DNA from: Sphagnum compactum
Taxonomy: Eukaryota
DNA length: 64,000 nucleotides
Direction: 5' to 3'
Assembly (NCBI GenBank): GCA_965153455.1
Contig: OZ234493.1
Location: forward strand, 22,744,213 to 22,808,212
This document shows, piece by piece, positions 52,609 through 64,000 of the stretch (its first letter is position 1; each line of letters opens with the position of its first letter). A model generated the notes under the pieces. The model ran no database searches and was not told the origin of the DNA. It saw only the letters and a list, made by a program, of their open reading frames with translations. A program made the translations under genes and the position numbers.

Positions 52609-55345
52609 ATGAATTCTCTTGATGTAAGAATTTGTCCTACTTCCATTCAATCATGGGAAGGGTTCCAAAATCCCATTCCAATCATGTCCAAAACCCCACC
52701 AAGTCCCCTTTCTCAAACAAGGACTTAGTGTGGACATCTGGGATACACCATGGAGGGCAAAATAAAGTGAACATTCAATTTGTTGATGTTCCATACGCTC
52801 GCAGCTTAGAATTCTTGGAAGGTGAACGAGGGGATATGGGCACCTTCGTGGAATGGAATGTTTACAAAAACTTTTCAAGCCAAATGGATGTTAAACAACT
52901 AATTATCAAAAATCGCCTCGAGCATACATGGTAAACATTTACGGCATTAACATTTTGAATTTCTTTAACTCATATAACAAAGATGTAATCATTTACGTCT
53001 CGAATGTTTTTTGGTCTAAATATTAGTGCGGGTATGGACCAAAGGACTATTGGGAAGACTCAACCCATACTCGATCTATTAAATGAGGATGTTTAGCATC
53101 ATTCTCAATCAAACATTTATACACACAATTTGATGTGGCCGAGATCACGATCTATCATAAGGCCCATACACGACCTAATGGGTCATTTGCACATGGTGAA
53201 CATGACACCAAATCATTTTTTATATGTTTTGTTATACTCCACGCATGTCACAAGCATTGAAGGACCACATATGTGCCCAATTAAGTTTAGGTTACACAGC
53301 TAAACAAACATAACACAATTTGGTGGGAATGTGTGAATTCAAACAAAAACATGACACAAAATGATTTCATTCAGCTTCAAGACATTGCATACTTGGATGG
53401 GAAACATAAGGGAAGTTGGCATTTACACACTAACCCTCCACTTTTAATTCAATCTTGGGTTCTCCAACATTTAGAAGATGTGTTTTTTTTGCAAGATGTT
53501 GGTGAAATCAACAAGACTCAAGTCCCATTCACCATAGGTATTCAAACACCAATTCAATGTGAATCCATGCTATCATATGGCCACAATGGTGCCATTTCTA
53601 TGAATGCCACATTTGGCACAAATGACATGAAACTCCATTAATTCACCTTGATGGGGTCTGATGATCATTGCACGAGTGTCCTTTTAGTGTGGATTGTTAC
53701 AAATAGGTAAACAATTGAGGATTTGATCAAATGGTTGAAACTGTTAAAAAAAAAGATGTTATCACACATGCCACATTGGAAACCATCATGTTTTCTCATT
53801 GACAATGCATCGCAAGAATTGAAGGCATTATGGTTAGTTCTATAACTGGTACCTATTTTATATTTATTTCCTTGGATTTTTTTAGTATCTTTCAGAAAAT
53901 TTTTGATTACTTTTTAAAGAATATTAACTATTTTAAATGCATTTATGTTGTATTGACCCCATCCATTCATGGTGATTTTATTGCATATGTATCCCTATTA
54001 GGGTCATATGGGGTATGGACAAGGTTCCCATCTTCCTTTGTCATGGCATGTTCTCAAAGCATGGCATTTACATGGTACCAAAAAAATAAAAAATGTGGAA
54101 ATGTGGGGTGCAATCCTCCAAGATCTTCATGATGTGATGTACATGTCCATCAATCATGGGGAAACAATTGATGACTTCAAAGAGCATGGGAGGGGGAGGG
54201 TTGCGATGAGAAAAAGCCTTCACAAACATAGGATTGGTGATGCATGGACAAATTAGTTCTAGACTTAACACCATCAATTTGGTAAGTGATAATGTTTGTC
54301 ATGCTTTAGTATTCAACACTCTTTTGTAATCATGTGCATTGTGTTTATGTTTGCAAAATTATGGATGGTGGGTGTTCAACAAGTGTCCCATTCCAACCAA
54401 AACACCTAGGCGACCATTGAATCATATCATGGTCCATTGAAATAATGGTTTATATTTTACACAAAAAGTTTTAGAAGGCGTAGGATTGATTGGTTGGTGT
54501 GGCGATTAACAACAACCATTGCACTTCACTACATGCACACATTGGAAATGAAGAAAAGAGGTTTCATAAAAAACAAGGTTGTGGAGGCCATTGTTACATG
54601 AACTATGGAAAAGGCAACCCTTCTTCCACTCACCCATGTGTACCAACCAACCTTTGAAAGTGATGGAGCTTGGGGTGTACGAAGCCAAAGCCTTCCCAAC
54701 ATCACTTATGTGATGAAATTCCCATTCACCGAAATATTTTGTTGCACATACATGTGAAAGGGCATTACCAAGGAACATGTGTAAACACCAAATTGTGGTG
54801 ATTTTCGCATGCACAAACATTACTTAGGAGGATATAATTCACTACTATGGAACATGGTATGGATCACATCGTGAAGGGTTGGGTCACACGATTGTGGACC
54901 CACGACATATTCCAAATGATATGGAGTCCAACGATGATGGCGAAGATGAACATCTCAAAGGTGATGATGGGATCATGGAGTTCGATGAGCTCACAACCAT
55001 GGAGTAGAGTGATCTCCCTATGGGTGGCATTGTAGGGTTTAATGAGACAATAAATTCATCAACCCCAATGGAAAAGGTTATTGCACAATTGGTCATTATA
55101 ATGCAAGAGATCACAAATGTAAAGAAGGCAATGTGACACTTTGTGAACATGTCACCTCACACATGAGAGTATTAGCATGCAATATTTGTAACATATGCCT
55201 CATAAAGGTGAATGCATTTTTACACCTAGGATTAGTGATACACGATGTAGAAGATGGATTGAGAAATAGTGTCAAATGGTTCAAAGATTGGCATGAAACA
55301 ATGTTCAATCACACAAATGTACATACTAAACAATGTCATGAATAG
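52609..55345 (+). pseudogene. MULE (MuDRA-like) DDE transposase with SWIM zinc finger, disrupted
   Basis: Motifs YGHNGAISM(D/N)ATFGTN, FLIDNASQE, WHVLKAW, IESYHG, RIDWLVWRL and SWIM C.C.....GNMCKHQ. Introns at roughly 52931-53025, 53832-54001 and 54282-54360. Several stops and frameshifts. Confidence 0.85.
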
Positions 55346-55562
55346 ATGTCTCAATTATTAATAATGATTATTGCCATTGATACTAAGAAATTTGTTTTAG
55401 TATCAATTTTGTATGGAGGAAACCATAGCCCAAATTCATTGAACATCATGCATTCAATACACACATTAAGTCTAATATGCCACAAAAGTTAAAACTGTTT
55501 CAAGTAATAAACAAAAAAAATTGAAATGCAAAAACACAAGGATAGTGATAATGTTAGTGCTA

Positions 55563-55790
55563 AATGTAGGTATTGCAACTTAGCCCGAAAATTCCAATTG
55601 GTAAAGGTAAATACAAGTGCAGGTATTGTAATTAGGCCCCAAAATTCTAGTTGGTAGAAATAAATATGAGTGTAGGTATGGCAATTAGACCCCAAAATTC
55701 CAATTGGTAAAGGTAAGTACAAGTGCGAGTATTACAATTAAGCCCAAAATTCTAATTGGTAGAAGTAAGTATGAGTGCAAGTATTGCAAA
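55563..55790 (+). repeat. Phased motif array 4 (53-bp tandem units carrying the same motif) downstream of the transposase
   Basis: Core gtat(t) at 55570, 55623, 55676, 55729 and 55781. Confidence 0.85.
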
Positions 55791-58449
55791 TTTAAATGAA
55801 AAATCAACTTTAAATGAAATACCCACATGCAAGATCGCTTCAAAATAAACCATCTAAATGGTTTGGATACCCTTACATCATAGTTGTTCCAATGCTCCAA
55901 AGCTCCAATGCTCTCCACAACTCTTACAAAGTTGCAAAGGTCTCATGAGTTGCAAAGTTCCATACTTGTAGTGGATTTAGAAAATGAAGTTAGGGTTTAT
56001 GGTGGCTGATAGGGTTTAGGTATAGAGAATAGGTAAGTAGGAGGGATTGGTATGTATGAAAAAATTTGCTGGAGTGAAGGAGGCTCACAAAATGTTGGGC
56101 AGGGAGGTGGAAAATAAAAATTACCTATTTGGATGGGTTTGGGTTCATCTTGAAACGGCTTAAACATCCTCATTTCGAATTGGTGCACTGAAGGTTGCTG
56201 ATTCACTCTGGCCCATTCCTTGGGCTTCCCATTGTGCCTTTTACACTTTTACGTTTGGTCTTTTGTTTGGACTTCGGTCCTTTCTATTTTATTTTTTTGT
56301 TCCCTTGTCCGGTGTTTTTCCTTTTATTTATTTACTTATTCCTTAATTGATTTCCTCCGAGTATCTATGCCAATCCGTACAAACTATATGTCCAAGTTGT
56401 CAACTTGCCACAAAAGTCCTTCCATCTTTTGAACTATGTAGTTGCAAGGGGGCTTTCTGGTGCTGGTCCAATTTTAATCAAGGCGCATAGATTTCACAAA
56501 GAATTTACACAAATGGGACATGTGCTTAGATGTGCATGCCATTTGCTCCTATTTTGTATAAAATTTCATCCAGATGTTAGATTTAGCTCTATGTTGTTGA
56601 ATTGTTGGCCAACAATGGAGTTGTCTTTTATGCTGGTATTTATTTGGTTTTGACTTATAGAAACATTGGGGGAACTTCTTGCAAGGCGGTAAAGGGGAAA
56701 ATAATAAAAAAAGTAGCCTTAATAGACTCATATAGTTATAGGTTTAACTGTAACTTTTTAAAAAAAAAAGTTGGGTGGGGTCAGGTAGAATGAAGTGGGG
56801 GTGGGGTAAGGTTATTAAGTGGAAATTTACGAAAAGAAAAAAAGAAGGGCAAGATTTTTTTTTCCCCTTTCCAAAGGAATTTTTAGATAAAGGGTTGAAT
56901 TTTATTTTCTTTTTTTTCTTTCCAATGAATTGTTTCTTGGGTGGGGGTGGAGGGGGTTCTTTCAAAATTGGGTTAAGGTAAGATGAGGTGACGTGGAACA
57001 TGGGGATTTTGCATTTCCAAAGGGGTTTTTTTTGGGTGGGGAGGGGAGGGTTTGAGTATTTCTAGGGGGTGGGGGCTGAACTTGATATTTTTATATAACA
57101 TCAACATATATAATAGTAACTCAAAGATTTATTTTCATTTCTGATTATTTAAGTGGATATAACCTTAAGTTTTGTTCAAAATATATATATACAGTGAATA
57201 TTCAATAAATTTTCAGCCCCTTTTTTGGGTTTTAAAATTTTTTTCCAAATCAATATTGGGCAACACCCCCACTTTTTCTTTTCCTTTTTTGAAGTTGGGC
57301 AAAAAGAATTGGGGGCCCACTAGAAAAACATTGATCATTACTTCTTTTCTCTCATATATATGAATTCATAAGAAATTGTATATAATGCAATAAAATATAC
57401 TTAATTTATGATAAAAATAGTCACAATAATGTTTAACATACATCTTTAAAAACATTTGATACACAACATGCAAAACCTTCCCCATATCAAGTATCAAATA
57501 AAAATTACAGGAACACAATCATTTCATTAACATAATGAAAAAAACATCTTATTTTGTAATATCTTGTTTTTGCTCTATCTTGTTTTTGCTCAAAATTATA
57601 AACTTTATGGTTATGGGAACTATAGTATGCATGGTAACGATGTACTTGCAAATGTAGATCAAACTCAATCAATACTACCATGTATACCATATGATGATGC
57701 AATAATCTAAGGTGTGTTCCTTAAGTGATGTTTTGAATACAAAGTGCCATATATATTAAGAAATGTTTTTTCAAATATGATGAATTTTTTTAATGTGGGA
57801 TTTGATCAAAACATTATTCTACAAAGATTTGAATGTTACCATTCACCATCAATGGACAAGTTTGTTTATTTTGCATTTGAATTCAAAATTTCAAACTCAT
57901 AGTTATGATATGTCATCATCTGATAACTTTGATTTTGATGGTGAAAAAACATAAGCCTTAAAGCCTAAGCTACAAAAAAAATAATTGTGAAGTTGAATGC
58001 TCTTCGGAGCAAGACAAATTAGAGGAAACCACACCTAGTGGTAGAGAGTGCAAGAAACAAAATGAGAGACATTAATGAAGAACAACTAACCACACCACAA
58101 GCCACACAAAGTTCAAAAGTAGGTCCAATGACATGAACACGACACCTCCAGAAATTAGTTCTATGTAGTACATCCACAGCAGACCAGAGTCTGATGACAC
58201 CTTTAAAGTTTGTAAAATGTGAAACCAAAAAACCAAGTAGACAATAGAGTCAATGAAAGAATCAGTGAACAATTTTGACTTACCTAAACTTGGAAGATCA
58301 AAATCGAGGTTTTCTTATAAGAGGGTAGTAGATCAATTATTATGCACCTTAAATATCAAATACAATATATCATGAACATTACACTCACAACGTCATACAA
58401 AATTTTCAATCCTACAAGCAGAACAACACTTATCACCATAAAGTCTCAT

Positions 58450-59300
58450 TACATAGACTTTGTTTAATAGCTAGAGATCATTGATCTTTTTAATGGATGG
58501 ATCTTATGTGGATCAAGTCCCTTCAAATCCTCTCATGAGCTATCATGGTGTGTAGTGGGCATCATCAACACATACATTCATTCTCAAACCCAATAATATC
58601 CCCATTTGGTCTAATCATTGATTTTTTCAACATAATGACCCAACACAAAACCCTAGAAATTGAGGTTTTAAAACTACAACATATAGCCCAAATAGTCCAC
58701 GAGGCAATTTTCATTTGAAGCTATCGTGTACATAGGTACTCACTTCAATTCCTAATCAAATGCCCACCAACATACACATCCTCACAAAATAAACTTTCCC
58801 CCATGCATAGTTGCTTTCAGAATCCTGTTCCATCCATCAACCAACTTTGTAATCCCCTTTAATTTTCATCATTTCCAAAACATAATCCCTATTGTCTCCA
58901 ACTATATTGCCATGATCCCCTATCATTATACTTGGGATAATGGAAAACAAGAAAAACTAGCAAACCTTTAAAAAACACATTAGAATTGTGAACATTCTTC
59001 TCCAACCATTTATTCACACACATCTACCACTCTAAGTCTTCCAATGTCCTTCCCAAAACAAAAAAACCTCCTTTCACACAAAAAAATAAATCAATACTTA
59101 TATTCTGGTAGCAAACGTGCCTTCCTCCTTGGCCCCAACATTCTTGACCTTTTAGTCACTTCACCAACCAACCTTCTTGATTTACTTCCAACAAACTTAA
59201 GCCACCCACACTATCCATCATTGATTAAGGAATCTCCACTTAATTCACAACCATCCAAAAGCCTTTGTAATCTTGCAAGTATTCAACCACCAAAATTCAC
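58450..59300 (-). mobile_element. Possible highly decayed L1-like reverse-transcriptase remnant
   Basis: Only weak fragments on the minus strand (..RLLP.....FVLGR.., DYVLEMMK..G). Mostly inference. Confidence 0.25.
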
Positions 59301-61619
59301 ATGAAAAGAAAGAAAAAAAAAAACACATAGAAACTCAAAAGATGTTTATCCCTATTCCTTTTCAAAGTGCTCCATCAACTGCCACCTATTTTGGCACTTT
59401 CCGTGTTTTTCATTAGTTTAAAAAAATCATCCATGTTAGGTTTTCATCCATGATATATGCCACATTCACACAACACATGTTTTCATGTTACATTTCGATT
59501 TCTCCATTTCCACAAGAATGCCATGGAAGAAAAATGCCAAGAAAGTTTGTGGGTTTTTTAAAAACCCACCAAAAATAGGAGGTTACCCTATGAACTAAGA
59601 CGAGGTGAACTAAATTTATTTCTACAAAATTGGAGTTGCTGGCAGAGGAGATTGGAGCAACATTGGTGGAGTTTTTGAAAAAGGATGATGCAATGGAGAA
59701 TATAAAATGGATATAAGATGTGGTTTGTAGGAAGTTAAATACATTTGCCAAAATTATCTTAATAACATGTAGAGAGCTTGCCATTGTGTTTAATAGTTGC
59801 TAAATCTTTTCAATTGCACTACTTAGTGACAAATGGTGTATGTAATTGTGGTTTTGTATGAGGGGTTGGTGCCAAGACATGATGATGGAACAAGGTGGTT
59901 TGAGCTGTAGAAGATTGTGCATGTTGGAAATCCTAAAACTTTGCATTTGTTTGGGTAGCATTGAAGGGATGTAGTCAGTTTGAATTGGCAGATTGAGTGG
60001 GGTGTTGAACATGAGAAACCCATCAAAGGTATCCTTGAAATGAAGTAGAATGTGAGTCGAAGTTGGGCCTTTATTATCTTGAAAATCACATCCATATGCC
60101 CATAGTTTCTATCACATTCTGCCCATTCTTATAGTGGTTTTCGCATGGACCTAATGTTTGACACTTGCATAGAAATTGTGCACCACATAATGACAACATA
60201 GATGGAAGGAGATTGATGTAGGGGTACCTAAAGTGAGTCAAGCATAGTAAGGCATTGCATACCAATGGGTGGGATGTTAGTAGCTCAAAGTGGACTCAGT
60301 GGACATTGAGGGATCTAATCTTTGGCTAGACCTGCAACAAACATAAAGTGATGTGCAAATTAGTAACATGAAATGCACAACAATGTTAGGATGTGTGTCA
60401 GAAAATCTTGCTAAATTCAATTGTATGGTAAAAGTTGCTGTAGCTACTTTAGGATTCAGTTCTTTTGAGATTAGGTCTAAGTAAGAGACCTAGGTCTCTC
60501 TTCTAAGTTTTTGAGTCTTGTTGACTATAGTAATGTATGAACACAACCTTAGGTCTTGTTCTTCTGTTTCTGTTTAGTGGGCTGCTTTCTTTTGGGTTAC
60601 GACCTGACTTCTCCATTTTGAAAAAAACTGCCCTGAGAAAATGCTTGCCCACCATTTTTATCTTTTGGAAAGACCCCTTTGATGAGCATTTCATTTTCAA
60701 AACATCCTGCAAAGCAAAAATCAAGGTGTTGAACATGGCATGCGCATACACTAAAAGAATATAAGGATGTACAACAAAGCACTTAGATGTTCAATAGCTA
60801 AGGGAGATTAAGAACATAAAAAATTCAACTACTGACAATAAGAAACAAATTAAAAGTTGGAATTGTAGGTGGGTGCATCCAAAATCAAAGGCCAGTAAAA
60901 GAATTTAAATCAAAATTTGAACTACCAACTCTGACACATGAAGAAAAATGGGTAGATGACCTCCTCTGTCAGGAGGGAATCTTACAAATGTAATGCATCC
61001 TCCTAATATACTGTGAAAAATTTGACAGGTCATTATGTTAAGATGGAAGGTGGTTGCACCTTTTGAAGCATGATTCAGATTTGTTTGTGTAAGAAGGTGA
61101 TTATTGAAATGGGCACCTTTGGACCTTTCATAGCCCAAGTTTTGTTGGCACAATCATGTAATAAAATAATTTCTTTTTGTGTGCAAAAACATATAAAGGT
61201 TTTTTAATCTCAATAGAAAGAAAGAATGAATTTACTGGATGTTGATTGTAGTAACTCCTTTTCTTTGTTTGTATTGTCTTAGAAGCTTAGATATTGAAAC
61301 GACCATAGGAACAAAGCAATTAGCGGATTGTGGATCCATTTGTCACATGTATTTGTCAATTTGTCAATGACACAATTTGCATGAAGTTGCAACCTATTTT
61401 CCTTGAATCTGTACATAGCAAAGACATGATTCAGTGATACTCTTCCAGTGAACAAAGCTCTTCACCCAACAGCTAGATGTGTTTGACGATTTGCAAGTAG
61501 GGTCTTTACTTGACAGCTTCAAAGTTTGGTGCAACTCCAGATCCAAGATCCATCCACCCCAAGAAGGAAAGATTGTACAGTTTAAAACTTGAAAGCAGCT
61601 GCACATGCAAACTTTCATG

Positions 61620-61830
61620 AATAACAACCCAAAACATTCCAGACTACAACACATTCAAGGTGCTCAGTTCTTTGCTGAAGTAAAGAGATCTCTCATCAAC
61701 AACCCCCCAAAACACACTGAACTACAACACATTGGAGGTGAGCTTCTTTCACGAAGTAAAGCTCAGATGTCTGAATCACAACCCAAAACACTCTGAACCA
61801 CAACACATTTCAGATGCTCAGTCCTTTGGT
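61620..61830. repeat. ~78-bp degenerate tandem repeat x3 downstream of the HMA gene
   Basis: caacccaaaaca....gaactacaacacatt...ggtgctcagttcttt at ~61623, ~61700 and ~61778. Confidence 0.75.
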
Positions 61831-62371
61831 AACTCAGTAACTCCATGCAGTTACAGATGCTTGCTTTCATAATCAGATACTTTGCTGGGTTTCTCTTCTT
61901 CTTCCTCAGCTGAGGAGGACTTCTAAGAGCCATGATCAGCAAGCAGCCTGGTGGGCGATTGCAAAAAGCTCTGCAATTTAATGTGAAGAATCCATCTCTA
62001 CTTACTTAATTGAAAAGTTGGATTTACTCCTTAATGTCATGGAAGGAAGGTTTTGCTGTTGGAAATCCTGTAAACTAAATGTCCTAAGCACTTTCACTGT
62101 GTTGTTGTTGTTGTTGTTGTTAACACTCCTCTTCATGTTCTGTTTGCTAATGTATTTCTTCCACAATATGGAAACTGTTGCTCTTTTGTTTTGTTGACAA
62201 AATCTAGCTCTGATGCTCAAACTGATTAGTACAGCCCAACACACCCCCAACTCCCTTGGATATTTTAATTTTTCAAAATGAATATCTATAATATCATGCA
62301 AGCAACTTCTTCTTCTTTGTCGATTGTGAATTTGATGCAACTCCTTTGAGGGCAATGACAGCAACTCTACT

Positions 62372-63491
62372 TTAGTAGTAGTAATACCTAGTGTAATCAG
62401 GACGGAGTGCAAATGACACTGGATACAACTCTTCAAAGACAAGAAAAGGCTCCTTCCTTTCTTCTACCTGTGTCGTTGCCTTGTCTTTATTTTCTTCCTT
62501 TGCTGCTGCTGCTGCTGCTGTCTCTTCTTTCTTCTCGTCTTTAGATTCCTGCACCATGACAATAAAATCCAAACTCAGATTGATGCATGATGTGTTCTTC
62601 ATGTTCATATTCGGATGACGGGCTTCGTTGTGGGGGGATGCACCAATGCCTGTGATTGTTGGCAAAATTACACCAGGTTATGCCCCCCTGGTGCTGGTAC
62701 CAGATGGCTTGTTTCTTTGCTTGTTCAGTAATGGAACAAAAGAAAAGCCCAATCTAGGGATTCACCTTCAGCAACAACCAAGGACATTTCTTGACAATAT
62801 TGTCACAGGCAGATAGATTCTGTACATACTGATCTTTGTGCCCTTTGATTGAACATTTTGGTCATGCAGTTTTTCCATTTGTCAGCTCTGGGATTAGATG
62901 GTAATGCTGAGCTCTCAGGGTGCCTTTCACTATGCTTGAATCAATGAAATAAATCTATGGTTGGATGGTCTGAGTTCTCAAAGTTGGTTTCCTTCATACC
63001 TCCTTTTCTGGCTCTTCTTTACTCTTTTCCTTTGTTTCTTCCTCCTTCTTCTCCTCCTCCTTCTCCTCCTTCTTCTCCTCTTTCTCTTCTTTGGGCTCCT
63101 CGGGCCAGAATGCGGTTTGCTTTCCTGTTCTGGATACTCGCTTGAACACTTCCTCACGTGTCAAATTGCCAACCACTGTCACCTTCTGTGCCATGAAATC
63201 CACTGTGGATGATATCACCCCTGTTGCAACAAATGTCTCAGTCTCTGCACATAAGTTTGAACAGCTTTTGCTACTAATGCACACAAAAATTGGGAGATTC
63301 GATAATTTGTCACTCTGTGTTTAGCTTAAGTTCTGTTTGGTGTACTTGGATGATTGCTCTGCAGCACACTCAACTAGCATACAAGAGGAGGAAATAGGAG
63401 GAGAGTATATACCTGGCATGCGGACAACAGCTCTCCTTACAGTGTCTACACAGGCTTCACAATGCATTGCAACTCGTAACATAACTGTTAT
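62372..63491 (-). CDS. Heavy-metal-associated (HMA) domain protein, HPP/HIPP-like metallochaperone without CaaX; 5' end uncertain
   Basis: Exons 63491-63413, 63220-63000 and 62548-62372 with GT-AG introns. MHCEAC metal-binding motif, GVISSTVDFMAQKVTVVG...VSRTGKQTAFW HMA fold and an E/K-rich linker. The start is either the in-exon ATG at 63482 or an upstream exon. A GA repeat at the window end fits a 5' region. Confidence 0.85.
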
Positions 63492-64000
63492 CTGCATCAC
63501 AAAGACATTTTATGTCAAATTTCCACAATGGAGTTGCCTCCTCTGTGACAGTAAAGAAAAAGGTGGATAGGGATATTGACACATACAAGGCAAGCTTCTT
63601 CTAAACCTCAAACTTGGAACTCAATTAGGCACACTCCAGATTGGCTTTTTATCTTTCATTTTACTAGATGGAATGTGCCAAGGTCAGTTGACAACAACAA
63701 CAACAAATTCACACATTGAGCCTCCTCTCAGGTTTTCTCTGTTTTTGTGTATCTATCAGAAGGTGCAATGTGTCTTTCCACAACAGAGGCACCAACTTAC
63801 TGATTGAGTTTGTCCTTTACCTGCTGTTTCCAGTTTGTTATCTAGAATGCTTGAAGAGTAGGGGTCTTCAGGCAGTACAGGGTTTTCCTTGGGTTGATTC
63901 TCAACTGTCTATCCTCTCGAGAGTGACCATGAGAATGGGTTTGCTTCCTTCGCTACTTTAATCAGACAATCATCATAGCCTCTCTCTCTCTCTCTCTCTC

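Larger units (their letters stand above)
50301..56213 (+). mobile_element. Mutator-like element copy B (keeps transposase, lacks accessory gene)
   Basis: Left terminus gaccaaaatgaaccaacagccaccggtgca at 50301. Right terminus ...ggtgcactgaaggttgctgattcactctggcc ends at 56213 and matches the 43551 end of copy A over ~80 bp in inverted orientation. No matching TSD found on the right flank. Confidence 0.85.

Noticed and set aside
43551-56213. A single 12.7-kb MULE bounded by the outer TIRs
   Set aside because: The outer flanks do not form a TSD, whereas internal termini at 50290/50301 and the TSD around copy A show two elements.
59600-59980. Faint F-box/Sel1-like peptide fragments (LLAEEIG..., GNPKTLHLFG)
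   Set aside because: Different frames, several stops, and similarity too weak to support by eye.

Overview
AT-rich, intron-containing land-plant nuclear DNA. The gene and repeat content resemble a moss, possibly Sphagnum (inference, not verified). Three host genes lie on the minus strand. (1) A 9-exon, ~1711-aa protein with four RRM-like domains, a Pro-rich tract and a C-terminal SPOC domain (10317-17339). (2) An 18-exon, ~903-aa LRR receptor-like kinase with an LRR-VIII/DUF26-type RD kinase and no malectin domain (27843-37198). (3) A heavy-metal-associated (HMA) domain protein with no CaaX motif (62372-63491, 5' end uncertain). The rest is mostly transposon-derived: a decayed CRE/R2-like non-LTR retroelement, a SWIM-domain element interrupted by a 2.1-kb solo-LTR-like insert with its own intact ORF and by a 137-bp CACTA element, a decayed PIF/Harbinger, and two related Mutator-like (MULE) elements joined end-to-end in inverted orientation (43551-50290 and 50301-56213). 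The MULE pair is the most notable structure. One copy keeps only a C2H2 zinc-finger accessory gene and the other keeps only the transposase. Both carry regularly phased arrays of a short RTGYRRGTATTRC motif, an arrangement that recalls the VANDAL/VANC anti-silencing system. All coordinates and alignments were worked out by eye.
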